Below, piece by piece: positions 20,760 to 30,140 of a stretch of DNA of 64,000 bases. Numbering within the stretch: the first letter of the stretch is position 1; every line of letters begins with the position of its first letter. Location: NCBI GenBank assembly GCA_030018355.1, contig JASEFN010000002.1, positions 46,699 to 110,698 of the forward strand, in the 5' to 3' direction. The translations under genes were made by a program, and so were the position numbers. A model generated the notes under the pieces. That model saw only the letters and a program-made list of their open reading frames with translations, made no database searches and was not told where the DNA came from. Origin of the DNA: Caldisericia bacterium (GTDB lineage: Bacteria; Caldisericota; Caldisericia; B22-G15).

Positions 20760-21310
20760 ATAGAGAAGAGGCAATTAATTTAATTAAAGAAAAATTACAA
20801 GATGTAAATTTGGTAAACCACTCGCTTGCAGTTGGCGCAATAATGAAGGGAGTTGCAAAATTCCTTGGACAAGACGAGAAAAGATGGGAGTTGTGTGGAA
20901 TTTTACATGATATTGATTATTCTGAAACAAAGGATGATCCAAATAATCACTCTTTGGTTGGAGGTGAAATTTTAAAATCGATGGGTTTTGACGATGAATT
21001 TGTTAATGCAGTTAAATCTCATAATGAAATACATGGAATTCCAAGAGAATCTCTTCTTGCAAAGGCTCTTTTTGCAGCAGATCCACTTTCTGGTTTAATT
21101 GTTGCAACTGCTCTTGTTATGCCTGATAAAAAACTTATGAGTGTTAAAGCAAGTTCAGTTATGAAAAAGTTTAAAACAAAAGAGTTTGCAAGAGGTGCAA
21201 ATAGAGAACACATTAAAACTTGTGAAAGTGAACTTAATATTCCACTTGAAAAATTTATTGAAATTGCTCTTGATGCTATGAAAGAAATAGGAAGCGAAAT
21301 TGGACTTTGA
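20756..21310 (+). CDS. HD-domain phosphohydrolase
   Basis: H...HD motif (ILHDIDYSE) and a later metal-binding His (SHNEIHG). Confidence 0.6.
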   Translation: MNREEAINLIKEKLQDVNLVNHSLAVGAIMKGVAKFLGQDEKRWELCGILHDIDYSETKDDPNNHSLVGGEILKSMGFDDEFVNAVKSHNEIHGIPRESLLAKALFAADPLSGLIVATALVMPDKKLMSVKASSVMKKFKTKEFARGANREHIKTCESELNIPLEKFIEIALDAMKEIGSEIGL

Positions 21311-21797
21311 AGAAATTTTAATAAATTTAGATTTTATTTATTTAAGAGTAAAAATTAATAATGCTAAGATAATAAAAGTAAATATTGAAAAGAAAGTAGA
21401 AGAAAATTACTCTCAAGAATATGAAATTTTTATTGATGAAATAAAAAGTTATTTTTTTGGAAAAAAAGAGTTTTTTAATTTGGATTTAATTAATTTTGAT
21501 TCTTTAACAGATTTTCAAAAAGATGTTTTAATTCATTTATCAAAAGTACCACGTGGAATGGTAACAACATATAAAAATCTATCTTTAAAACTAAATAAAA
21601 AAAATTCTTTTAGAGCGGTTGGAAATGCATTAAGATTAAATCCATTTCCTATTATAATTCCTTGCCATAGAGTTATTAAGAGCGATTTTACTTTAGGTGA
21701 TTATGGATATGGAAGTGATTTAAAAAAGATGCTTCTTATTTTTGAGGGAGTTACATTTTTAGATGATAATAGAGTTAAAAGTGAGTGTGTTTTATAA
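21300..21797 (+). CDS. ogt: methylated-DNA--protein-cysteine methyltransferase
   Basis: PCHRVI active-site motif and a helix-turn-helix (TTYKNLS..RAVGNAL). Confidence 0.8.
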   Translation: MDFEEILINLDFIYLRVKINNAKIIKVNIEKKVEENYSQEYEIFIDEIKSYFFGKKEFFNLDLINFDSLTDFQKDVLIHLSKVPRGMVTTYKNLSLKLNKKNSFRAVGNALRLNPFPIIIPCHRVIKSDFTLGDYGYGSDLKKMLLIFEGVTFLDDNRVKSECVL

Positions 21798-22525
21798 TTA
21801 ATTTAATGAAAAAGACACTTATTTTAATTTTAATTTTTTTAAGTCTCTTTCTTTTTTCTTGTAAAAATAAAAAAGAAGTTATTAAAATTGGGATAAATAT
21901 AGACCTTCCTCCATTTTCATATAAAGAAAATGGAAATTTAGTTGGGTTTAACATTGATTTTTTAAATCTTCTTCTTAAAGAGTTAAATTTTGATAAAGAA
22001 TTTATTGAAATTGAAGGAATAAATTTTGAACCTCTTTTGAAAAAAGATATTGATATTTTAATAGGAGGATATCCACTAAAATATAAATATCCTCAGGGAG
22101 TTTCAATTTCTATTCCTTATTTTGATTTATCTTATCTTCTTATATCAAGAGTCGATTCTCCAATAGATTCTATTAACTCTTTAGAAAATAAAATTCTTAT
22201 ACTTCCTCTTTATACATATGCAGAAGAGATTGTAAAAAATGTTAAAAATCTTACTAAAATTCCATACAAAAATTTTAGTGAGGCAATAAAAAGTTTAGAA
22301 AATCAAGAAGCAGACGCAATTCTTGTTGAAAAAGTTGTAGTAGATATATATAAATTAGATGAAAATAAATTTTTCAAGACAAATGTTTATAGTAATGGTT
22401 TAGTTATTGTATTAAGAGACGAAGATAATGATTTAAGATATAAAATAAATTATTCAATTTCTAAAATTATTAATGAAAAAGGTTATAATAAATTAATTTT
22501 AAAGTGGTTTGAGGAGGAGAGATGA
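21785..22525 (+). CDS. ABC transporter substrate-binding lipoprotein (family 3, amino-acid type)
   Basis: Signal peptide with lipobox (LFLFSC) and a periplasmic-binding-protein type 3 pattern. Confidence 0.55.
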   Translation: MCFIINLMKKTLILILIFLSLFLFSCKNKKEVIKIGINIDLPPFSYKENGNLVGFNIDFLNLLLKELNFDKEFIEIEGINFEPLLKKDIDILIGGYPLKYKYPQGVSISIPYFDLSYLLISRVDSPIDSINSLENKILILPLYTYAEEIVKNVKNLTKIPYKNFSEAIKSLENQEADAILVEKVVVDIYKLDENKFFKTNVYSNGLVIVLRDEDNDLRYKINYSISKIINEKGYNKLILKWFEEER

Positions 22526-23529
22526 AAAAATTTAGAGTCGCAGTTTATGGAACAGGAGCAATGGGTTCTGGAATTATCTCTTTAATTCTTGAGAAAAAGA
22601 ACCTTGAACTTGTTGGAGTTGTTTCAAAGAGAAAAGAGAGAAAAGGTATTGACATAGGAGAAATTATTGGAAAAGGTACTTTAGGAATTAAAATTAGCAT
22701 AGACCCTCTTGAAGTAATTAAAAATGGAGTTGATATATTTATTCATGCTACATGCTCAAGAGTTAAAGATGCGTATCCAGAAATTGTTCCTATTTTAAAA
22801 AATAGAGTTAATGTAATTACAATTGCAGAAGAGATGGCTTATCCATGGAGAGCATCTAAAGAATTAGCAGAATCTCTCGACAAATTAGCAAAAGAAGGTG
22901 GTGTTACACTTCTTGGAACAGGTGTTAACCCTGGATTTGTTTTAGATACTTTAATTATTGCTTTAACAGGCGTAATGAAGAAAATTAACAAAATATACGC
23001 AAAAAGAGTAAATGATCTTTCTCCATATGGTCCATCTGTTATGAAAACTCAAGGTGTTGGAACAACAATTGAAGAGTTTAATGAAGGCTTAAAAAAGGGG
23101 GAAATTGTTGGACATTTTGGATTTCCTGAATCTATAAGCATGATTTGTGATGCTTTAAATTGGAAATTAGAAAAAATAGAAGAGTATAGAGAGCCTATAA
23201 TTTCAAATGTTTATAGAAAAACTCAATATATAGAAGTTAAACCTGGTATGGTTGCAGGATGTAAACATGTTGCAAAAGGATTTGTTGATGGAGAAGAGAA
23301 AATAATTTTAGAACATCCTCAGCAAATTTTACCTCAACTGGAAGGAGTTGAGACTGGAGATTATATTTTTATTGAGGGTGAACCTCCAATAAATTTTGTT
23401 AACAAGCCAGAAATTCAGGGTGGGGTTGCAACAATTTCAATTGCTGTTAATATGATTCCTATTGTATATGCAGCAAGACCAGGATTACTTACAATGAAAG
23501 ATCTTCCGATACCAAGATTTTTAGATTAA
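22522..23529 (+). CDS. DapB-like NAD(P)-binding oxidoreductase (2,4-diaminopentanoate/amine dehydrogenase family)
   Basis: N-terminal Rossmann motif VAVYGTGAMG. About 335 aa with a DapB-N-like and dimerisation domain architecture. Confidence 0.45.
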   Translation: MKKFRVAVYGTGAMGSGIISLILEKKNLELVGVVSKRKERKGIDIGEIIGKGTLGIKISIDPLEVIKNGVDIFIHATCSRVKDAYPEIVPILKNRVNVITIAEEMAYPWRASKELAESLDKLAKEGGVTLLGTGVNPGFVLDTLIIALTGVMKKINKIYAKRVNDLSPYGPSVMKTQGVGTTIEEFNEGLKKGEIVGHFGFPESISMICDALNWKLEKIEEYREPIISNVYRKTQYIEVKPGMVAGCKHVAKGFVDGEEKIILEHPQQILPQLEGVETGDYIFIEGEPPINFVNKPEIQGGVATISIAVNMIPIVYAARPGLLTMKDLPIPRFLD

Positions 23530-23560
23530 AAATTCTTTTCAAATGAGAAAAATTCTTGTA

Positions 23561-23589
23561 TTGACTTAAGATATTTAGGGTTGTAAATT
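23561..23589 (+). promoter_or_regulatory. candidate nrdJ promoter (TTGACT-17-TAAATT)
   Basis: -35 TTGACT at 23561 and -10 TAAATT at 23584, with the AGGAGG Shine-Dalgarno at 23610 before the ATG at 23622. Confidence 0.35.
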
Positions 23590-23621
23590 TAAATAAAGAC
23601 TCATAATTTTAGGAGGATATC

Positions 23622-26600
23622 ATGGAAAAAGAGATAAATCTTACACCCCAGGCTAAACTTGTTCTTGAAAAGAGGTATCTTAAGAAAAACGAAAAAGGTG
23701 AAGTTATAGAAACCCCATTTGAACTTTTTGAAAGAGTTGCAAGAGTAATCGCAAATATAGATAGGATTTACAATAAAGACGTTGACATAGAAAAAGTTTT
23801 TGAAAATTTTCTTAATATGATGGTCAGTTTAGAATTTTTACCAAACTCACCAACTCTTATGAATGCTGGAAGAGAATTGGGAAACCTTTCCGCTTGCTTT
23901 GTTCTTCCTGTTGGTGATTCATTAAAAGAAATTTTTGATGCAGTAAAATATGCTGCTTTAATTCACCAATCAGGTGGAGGCACAGGTTTTTCATTTTCAA
24001 GATTAAGACCAAAAGGCGATATTGTTAAATCAACAATGGGTGTTGCGTCAGGCCCTCTCTCTTTTATGGAGGTTTTTGATAAAGCAACAGAAACAATAAA
24101 ACAGGGTGGGGTAAGACGTGGAGCAAATATGGGAATTTTAAGAGTTGATCATCCTGATATATTGGATTTTATTACAGCAAAAGATAAAGAAGGAGTATTA
24201 ACAAATTTCAATATTTCTGTTGCAATAACAGATTATTTTATGAACAAATATTTCAATGATGAAGAATATGAACTTATTAATCCAAGAGATGGAAGAGTTT
24301 GGAGAAAACTTAGGGCAAGAGATGTATTTGAAATGATTGTTGAGCACGCTTGGAAGAGTGGTGACCCAGGGGTTATTTTTATTGATAATATTAACAAGAA
24401 AAATCCAACACCCCACCTTGGTGAAATTGAATCAACAAACCCATGCGTTGTTGGAGATACATATGTTTTTACAAATAAAGGATTAGTTAAAGCAAAAAAT
24501 TTAGTTAAAGGTCTAAAAGTTTGGGGAGGTAAGGGATGGAATGAAATTCAAGAAGTTATTAATAATGGAGTTCAAAAGGTTTATAAAATTACTTTAGAGT
24601 CAGGAATTAGTTTAAAAATAACCAAAGATCATAAATTATATACTGAAAATGGATGGAAAAAGTTAGAAGAAATTCAAATAGGAGAAAAAGTTTTTATTCC
24701 TTTAAATACACCTGAAATTAAATCTGAAAATCAAAATTTAGAATATTTTGAACTTTTAGGATATTTTTTAGGAAAAGAATCTTTAAGTAATTCAAATAAT
24801 ATAAATCTTCCTTTAGGAAGTGAAAAGGTTTTAATTTCACATTCTTCACCAATTCTCAAAAATTATTCAAACTCTTCTAATATTATTGATTCTTATAAAA
24901 ATTATTTTACTAATAAATTGAATAGTTTATTTAATTTTTCTAATTATCAAGAAAAAACAATACCTGATGAATTGTTAGAAAATAGTAGTGAAGCATTAAA
25001 AGCAATTTTAAGAGGTCTTTTTTCAGCTTGTGGTTCAATTTATGACTCAAATGGAAGATTAACAATATCTTTATCTTCAGCTTCTAAAAAACTTTTAGAG
25101 CAAGTTCAGATAATTTTACTATTTTTAGGAATTCCATCAGATTTAATTTATACAGATGTGAATATATATAGAATTATTGTCTCAGGTGAAAGAGCAAAGT
25201 TATTTAATAAAAAAATTGGATTTATAGATTATAAAAATGAAAATTTAATTAATTATGAATATCAGAAAATTATTAATATAGAAGAAGATGGTGAAGAGGA
25301 AGTATATGATATAAAAGCTCCTAATGATTATACATGGATAACAAATGGTATTTTGAGTTTAGATTGTGGTGAACAACCTTTACTTCCTTATGAATCTTGT
25401 AATTTGGGATCAATTGATGTTTCTAAATTTGTAAAAGATGGAAAAATTGATTATGATAGATTAGGGAAAGTTGTTAAAGATGCAGTTCACTTTCTTGATA
25501 ATGTAATTGATGCAAATAGATTTCCTCTACCAGAGATAGAAAAGATGACAAAACTAACAAGAAAAATAGGACTTGGAATAATGGGTTTTGCAGATCTTCT
25601 TATTAAATTAAGGATTCCTTACAATTCAGAAGATGCAATTAACTTAGCAAAGGAACTTATGTCCTTTATAAGCAAAAAAGCATGGGAAAAGTCAGAAGAG
25701 TTAGCAATAGAAAGAGGTGTTTTTCCTGCATGGAGTGGAAGTGTTTATGAGAAAGAAAATAGAAAAGTAAGAAATGCAACTGTTACAACAATTGCACCAA
25801 CTGGCTCTATTAGTATAATTGCAGGTTGCTCATCTGGAATTGAACCAATTTTTGCACTTGCATTTAAAAGACAAGTTGCAATAGGACAATGGTTTGAAAT
25901 TCACCCTCTTTTTGAAAAGGAGTTAAAGGAAAGAGGATTATATAGCGATGAATTAATGGAAAAGATTATTGAAGAGGGAACTATACAACACATTGATGAA
26001 ATTCCAGAAGATATGAAGAAAATTTATGTAACAGCACATGATATAGAACCAGAATGGCATCTAAAAATTCAAAAAGCATTTCAAGATTATGTTGATAATG
26101 CTGTATCAAAAACTGTTAATTTGAGAAATGAAGCCACTGTTGATGATGTAAGAAAAGTTTACCTTATGGCTTATGAACTTGGACTTAAGGGAGTAACAGT
26201 TTATAGAGATAGATCAAAAGAGGTTCAAGTTCTTGTTAAAGGTAAAGAACAAAAAGAAGAAGATGTAAAAAAAGAGAGACTTTCTCCAAGACCAAGACCC
26301 AAAATAACATATGGAGCAACAATTAAAATGAAAACTGGTTGTGGAAATTTATATGTAACAATAAATGAAGATGAAAATGGAATATGTGAAGTTTTTTCAA
26401 CTCTTGGCAAAGCAGGAGGATGTGCTGCATCTCAAACCGAAGCAATATCTCGATTAATTTCTCTTGCACTTCGTTCAGGTGTTTCACCTGAACCAATAAT
26501 AGAACAACTTAAAGGAATAAGATGCCCAAATCCAATTTGGCAAGATGGAGAAAAGATACTTTCTTGTGCTGATGCAATTGCAAAGGCAATTGAGATTTAT

Positions 26601-26777
26601 CTTTCAATGAGTAAAGAAGAGAAGAAAGAATTAAAATTTGAAGAAAAAAGTGCCCCAGAAGTTGAAGTTAAATTGAAAAAAGAAGATATTCAAATTTGTC
26701 CTGAATGTGGGTCTCTTATGATAAGTATGGAAGGTTGTTATACTTGCCCAAATTGTGGTTATTCAAAATGTGATTAA
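23622..26777 (+). CDS. nrdJ: adenosylcobalamin-dependent (class II) ribonucleotide reductase, intein-containing, with C-terminal zinc ribbon
   Basis: Monomeric class II RNR motifs: the active-site [19 protein letters not shown] loop (split by the insertion), C-terminal CPECG...CPNCG. The extein sums to about 744 aa. Confidence 0.85.
   Translation: [1051 protein letters not shown]
24444..25364 (+). mobile_element. intein (307 aa) inserted at the catalytic Cys of NrdJ, with a degenerate LAGLIDADG homing-endonuclease domain
   Basis: Block A [15 protein letters not shown], block B ITKDHKL, degenerate LAGLIDADG-like [10 protein letters not shown] and [10 protein letters not shown], and block G [10 protein letters not shown] followed by extein Cys. 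The flanking exteins reconstitute [11 protein letters not shown]. Confidence 0.8.
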
Positions 26778-28022
26778 ATGAAAGAAAATGTCGACTTATT
26801 AATTTATAACATAAAAGAATTGATAACTCCTTATAACTCAAATCTAAAAAGAGGAGAAGAGTTAAAAGAGTTAAAAATTATTAATAATGGAGGAATTGCA
26901 ATTAAAAATGGAAAAATTTTGTGTGTTTCTGATACAGAAGAGGTTCTTGATAGATTTGAAGGTGAAAAGGTGCTTGATCTAAAAAATGAAAATATTTTGC
27001 TTCCTGGTTTTGTAGATCCTCACACACATATTCTTTTTGGTGGATCAAGAGAAGATGAATTTTTAGCAAGAATTAATGGTGAATCATATCTTTCAATTCA
27101 GAAAAAAGGCGGGGGTATTTATAAAACGCAAAAAGATACAATATCATTAAATGAAGATGAATTGGTTAAAATAACAAAAGAAAGAATTTTAACTGCAAAC
27201 TCTTATGGAATTTTAACTCTTGAAATAAAAAGTGGATATGGACTTTTTCTTCAAGAAGAGATTAAACTTTTAAAAACAATTAAGAAAATAAAGGAGGAAA
27301 GTAAAATAAAAACTGTTTCAACATTTTTACTACATCTTATTCCAAAAGAGTTTGATAGAAAAGTTTTCTTAAGCGAAGTTTTAGAAATTATGCCAAAAAT
27401 TTATAAAGAGGATCTTTTTGATTTCATTGATATTTTTATTGAAGAAGGGGCATTTTCAGTGGAGGAGGCTACTCAAATTTTAGAGGTAACTAAAAATTTA
27501 GGAGCATCAGTTTCACTTCACATTGATCAATTTAATAATTTAAAGGCTTCAAAACTTGCGAAAAAATATAAAATAAAATCTCTCTCACATCTTGATTTAA
27601 CAGAGGAGAGTGAATTAGAAGAACTTAGTAAGGGCGACACAGTTGGAATAATTTTTCCGCTTGAAAGATTTATTTTTAAAAGAGATGAGAGAAGAGGGAG
27701 AAAATTAATAGATTTAGGAATTCCACTGTCAATATCAACTGATTTTAATCCAGGAACATCTCCTTCTTTAAATTTTCCTCTTATTCTTTCTTTAAGTATA
27801 ATAAGAGAGGGTTTAACAGTTGAAGAGGCAATAAATTCATCCACAATAAATGGTGCGTATGCTTTAAATTTACAAAATGAGGTTGGTAGCATTGAAGTTG
27901 GTAAAAGAGCGGATTTTGTTGTTTTTTCACTTAAAAGTTTTAAAGAGATTCCTTACTATGTTGGTATGAATTTTATAAAATATGTGATAATTAATGGAGA
28001 GGTGATCAACATTGATAGATAA
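26778..28022 (+). CDS. hutI: imidazolonepropionase
   Basis: PGFVDPHTHILFGGSREDEF...GESYLSI..KGGGI closely matches the HutI signature. Metal-dependent amidohydrolase fold. Confidence 0.7.
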   Translation: MKENVDLLIYNIKELITPYNSNLKRGEELKELKIINNGGIAIKNGKILCVSDTEEVLDRFEGEKVLDLKNENILLPGFVDPHTHILFGGSREDEFLARINGESYLSIQKKGGGIYKTQKDTISLNEDELVKITKERILTANSYGILTLEIKSGYGLFLQEEIKLLKTIKKIKEESKIKTVSTFLLHLIPKEFDRKVFLSEVLEIMPKIYKEDLFDFIDIFIEEGAFSVEEATQILEVTKNLGASVSLHIDQFNNLKASKLAKKYKIKSLSHLDLTEESELEELSKGDTVGIIFPLERFIFKRDERRGRKLIDLGIPLSISTDFNPGTSPSLNFPLILSLSIIREGLTVEEAINSSTINGAYALNLQNEVGSIEVGKRADFVVFSLKSFKEIPYYVGMNFIKYVIINGEVINIDR

Positions 28023-28587
28023 GGAAAAGATTAAAAAAGCGGTTGAATTAATTATTGAGGCAATTGGAGAGGATAAAGAAAGGGAAGGTTTAAAAGATAC
28101 TCCAACTCGAATTGCAGATATGTATGAAGAGATTTTTAGGGGTTTACATGAAAATCCAAGAGAATACCTTAAGAATGGATTTGTTGAAGAAAAACATCAC
28201 GAAATGGTTATTTTAAGAAATATTTCATTTTTCTCAATGTGCGAACATCACTTTTTACCATTTTTTGGAAAAGCACATGTTGGGTATATTCCAAGTAAAA
28301 AACTAGTTGGAATTTCAAAAATTGCAAGAGTTGTTGACTCTCTTTCAAGAAAGCCACAACTTCAAGAAAGATTAACAAGTGAAATTGCAGATATAATTTT
28401 TGAAGAAGTGCAACCCTTGGGATTAGGTGTTGTTATTGAAGCAGAGCACCTTTGTATGGTTATGAGAGGAGTTAAAAAGATGGGAAGTTTAATTGTTACT
28501 TCTGCTATTAGGGGAGGATTCGAAAAATATGCTTCAACAAGAAGTGAATTTTTAATGTTAATTTCAAAAGGAAACAATGAATTATAG
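28012..28587 (+). CDS. folE: GTP cyclohydrolase I
   Basis: CEHHFLPFFGKAHVGYIP active-site motif. 191 aa. Confidence 0.9.
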   Translation: MIDKEKIKKAVELIIEAIGEDKEREGLKDTPTRIADMYEEIFRGLHENPREYLKNGFVEEKHHEMVILRNISFFSMCEHHFLPFFGKAHVGYIPSKKLVGISKIARVVDSLSRKPQLQERLTSEIADIIFEEVQPLGLGVVIEAEHLCMVMRGVKKMGSLIVTSAIRGGFEKYASTRSEFLMLISKGNNEL

Positions 28588-29797
28588 AGTTAGAGAACTA
28601 TCTTTGAAAGATTTTGAAAAAGAAAAAATTTTAAAAGATCTTGATGTTCATCCAGTTGGAATATCAATAATGAAAGATAAAATGGTATTAAAACTCATAA
28701 AAGTTGAAGAATTAGATTCGAGGGGTGCAAACATTTTAAAACAGGAGTGCTTATCTTTAGGAGGAGATTGTGCAATTCCATATCACGCATATAATTTAAA
28801 AAATGAGAAGGTAGATTGTATTATTATTGGAACACAAGCAATTTATAAAAAATTAATTCCTAAATTAAAACTTCAACCTTTTGGTTTAAAGATAGTGGCA
28901 GAGGAAATTGAAAAAATTATATTAGGTGAAAAAATTAAAAAAACAAAAATAGGAAATAAAATTTTTGAATGGGGTAAAAGAACATACATTATGGGAATTA
29001 TAAATTTAACTCCAGACTCATTTTCAGAAGATGGATTGTATGGAGAAAATTTAATTGATAATGCAATTGGACTTGCAACACTTATGGTTGAATGGGGAGC
29101 GGATTTGATTGATATTGGAGGAGAATCAACAAGACCGGGTTCAACTCCGATTTCTTATGAAGAGGAAAGGAAAAGAGTTATTCCTGTTTTAAAAAGACTT
29201 GTTAAAGAAATTGATGTTCCAATTTCAGTTGATACATATAAGCCTCAAATTGCAAAAGAGGCTCTGCATATTGGTGCAAGTTTAATAAATGATACTCTTG
29301 CTTTAAGATACGATAAAGAGATGGTAGAAATTATAAGTAAATATAATGTACCTGTTGTTTTAATGCACTCAATTGATGGAAGAGGAGGTAAACCCCCAAC
29401 AGAAAATTATTATAAAGATGTAATAATGGATATTATAGATTTTTTTAATGAAAGAATAAATTATGCTTTAGAAAATGGAATTAAAAAAGAAAATATAATT
29501 CTTGATCCAGGAATTGGTTTTGGAAAAAATTTAAAGCACAATCTTGAAATTATAAAAAATATAAGTGTTTTCAAAAATCTTGGTTTTCCTATTTTATTAG
29601 GACCAAGTAGAAAAAGTTTTATTGGAGAACTTCTTAATTTACCAGTTTATGAAAGATTAGAAGGAACAATTGCAGCATCTCTTAAAGCAGTTGAAGAGGG
29701 AGTTGATATTTTAAGAGTTCATGATGTTAAAGAGATAAAAAGAGCAGTAAAAGTATATGATGAGTTTGTAAGGGAGAGTTATGAAAATATTTCTTAA
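28577..29797 (+). CDS. folP: dihydropteroate synthase with an approximately 125-aa N-terminal extension of unknown function
   Basis: The DHPS TIM-barrel begins at about aa 135 (YIMGIINLTPDSFSEDG, GADLIDIGGESTRPG). The first 125 aa have no recognisable motif. Confidence 0.8.
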   Translation: MNYRVRELSLKDFEKEKILKDLDVHPVGISIMKDKMVLKLIKVEELDSRGANILKQECLSLGGDCAIPYHAYNLKNEKVDCIIIGTQAIYKKLIPKLKLQPFGLKIVAEEIEKIILGEKIKKTKIGNKIFEWGKRTYIMGIINLTPDSFSEDGLYGENLIDNAIGLATLMVEWGADLIDIGGESTRPGSTPISYEEERKRVIPVLKRLVKEIDVPISVDTYKPQIAKEALHIGASLINDTLALRYDKEMVEIISKYNVPVVLMHSIDGRGGKPPTENYYKDVIMDIIDFFNERINYALENGIKKENIILDPGIGFGKNLKHNLEIIKNISVFKNLGFPILLGPSRKSFIGELLNLPVYERLEGTIAASLKAVEEGVDILRVHDVKEIKRAVKVYDEFVRESYENIS

Positions 29798-30140
29798 GGG
29801 AATGGAATTTTATGCTTATCACGGTGCAATAAAAGAAGAAAATTTGCTTGGCCAGAGATTTGTTGTTGATATTGAATTAGAGTGTGATACTCCAAGAGAG
29901 GATGAACTTAAAGAAACAATTGATTACACAGAAATTTATAAAAAAACTAAAGATATTGTTGAAAATTTTAAATTTAAACTAATTGAGACACTTGCAAAAG
30001 AAATTGGAAGAAAAATTCTTGAAGATAAAAGAGTAAAATATATAACAGTAAGAGTTGAAAAAACTTCACCTCCTATTAAAGGAATTCTTGATAAAGTTGG
30101 AGTTGAGGTGACTCTTAAAAATGATTCTTATCTTCTTTGA
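29781..30140 (+). CDS. folB: dihydroneopterin aldolase
   Basis: 119 aa. GMEFYAYHGAIKEENLLGQRFVVDIEL is typical of FolB. Confidence 0.85.
   Translation: MKIFLKGMEFYAYHGAIKEENLLGQRFVVDIELECDTPREDELKETIDYTEIYKKTKDIVENFKFKLIETLAKEIGRKILEDKRVKYITVRVEKTSPPIKGILDKVGVEVTLKNDSYLL

Noticed and set aside
23530-23621. NrdR boxes or a B12 riboswitch upstream of nrdJ, and a LexA/Cheo box upstream of recA (33700-33823).
   Set aside because: No 16-bp ACACwATATaTwGTGT-like palindromes and no GAAC-N4-GTTC motif could be found by eye. The gaps are only about 90-120 nt and are filled by promoter and Shine-Dalgarno elements.
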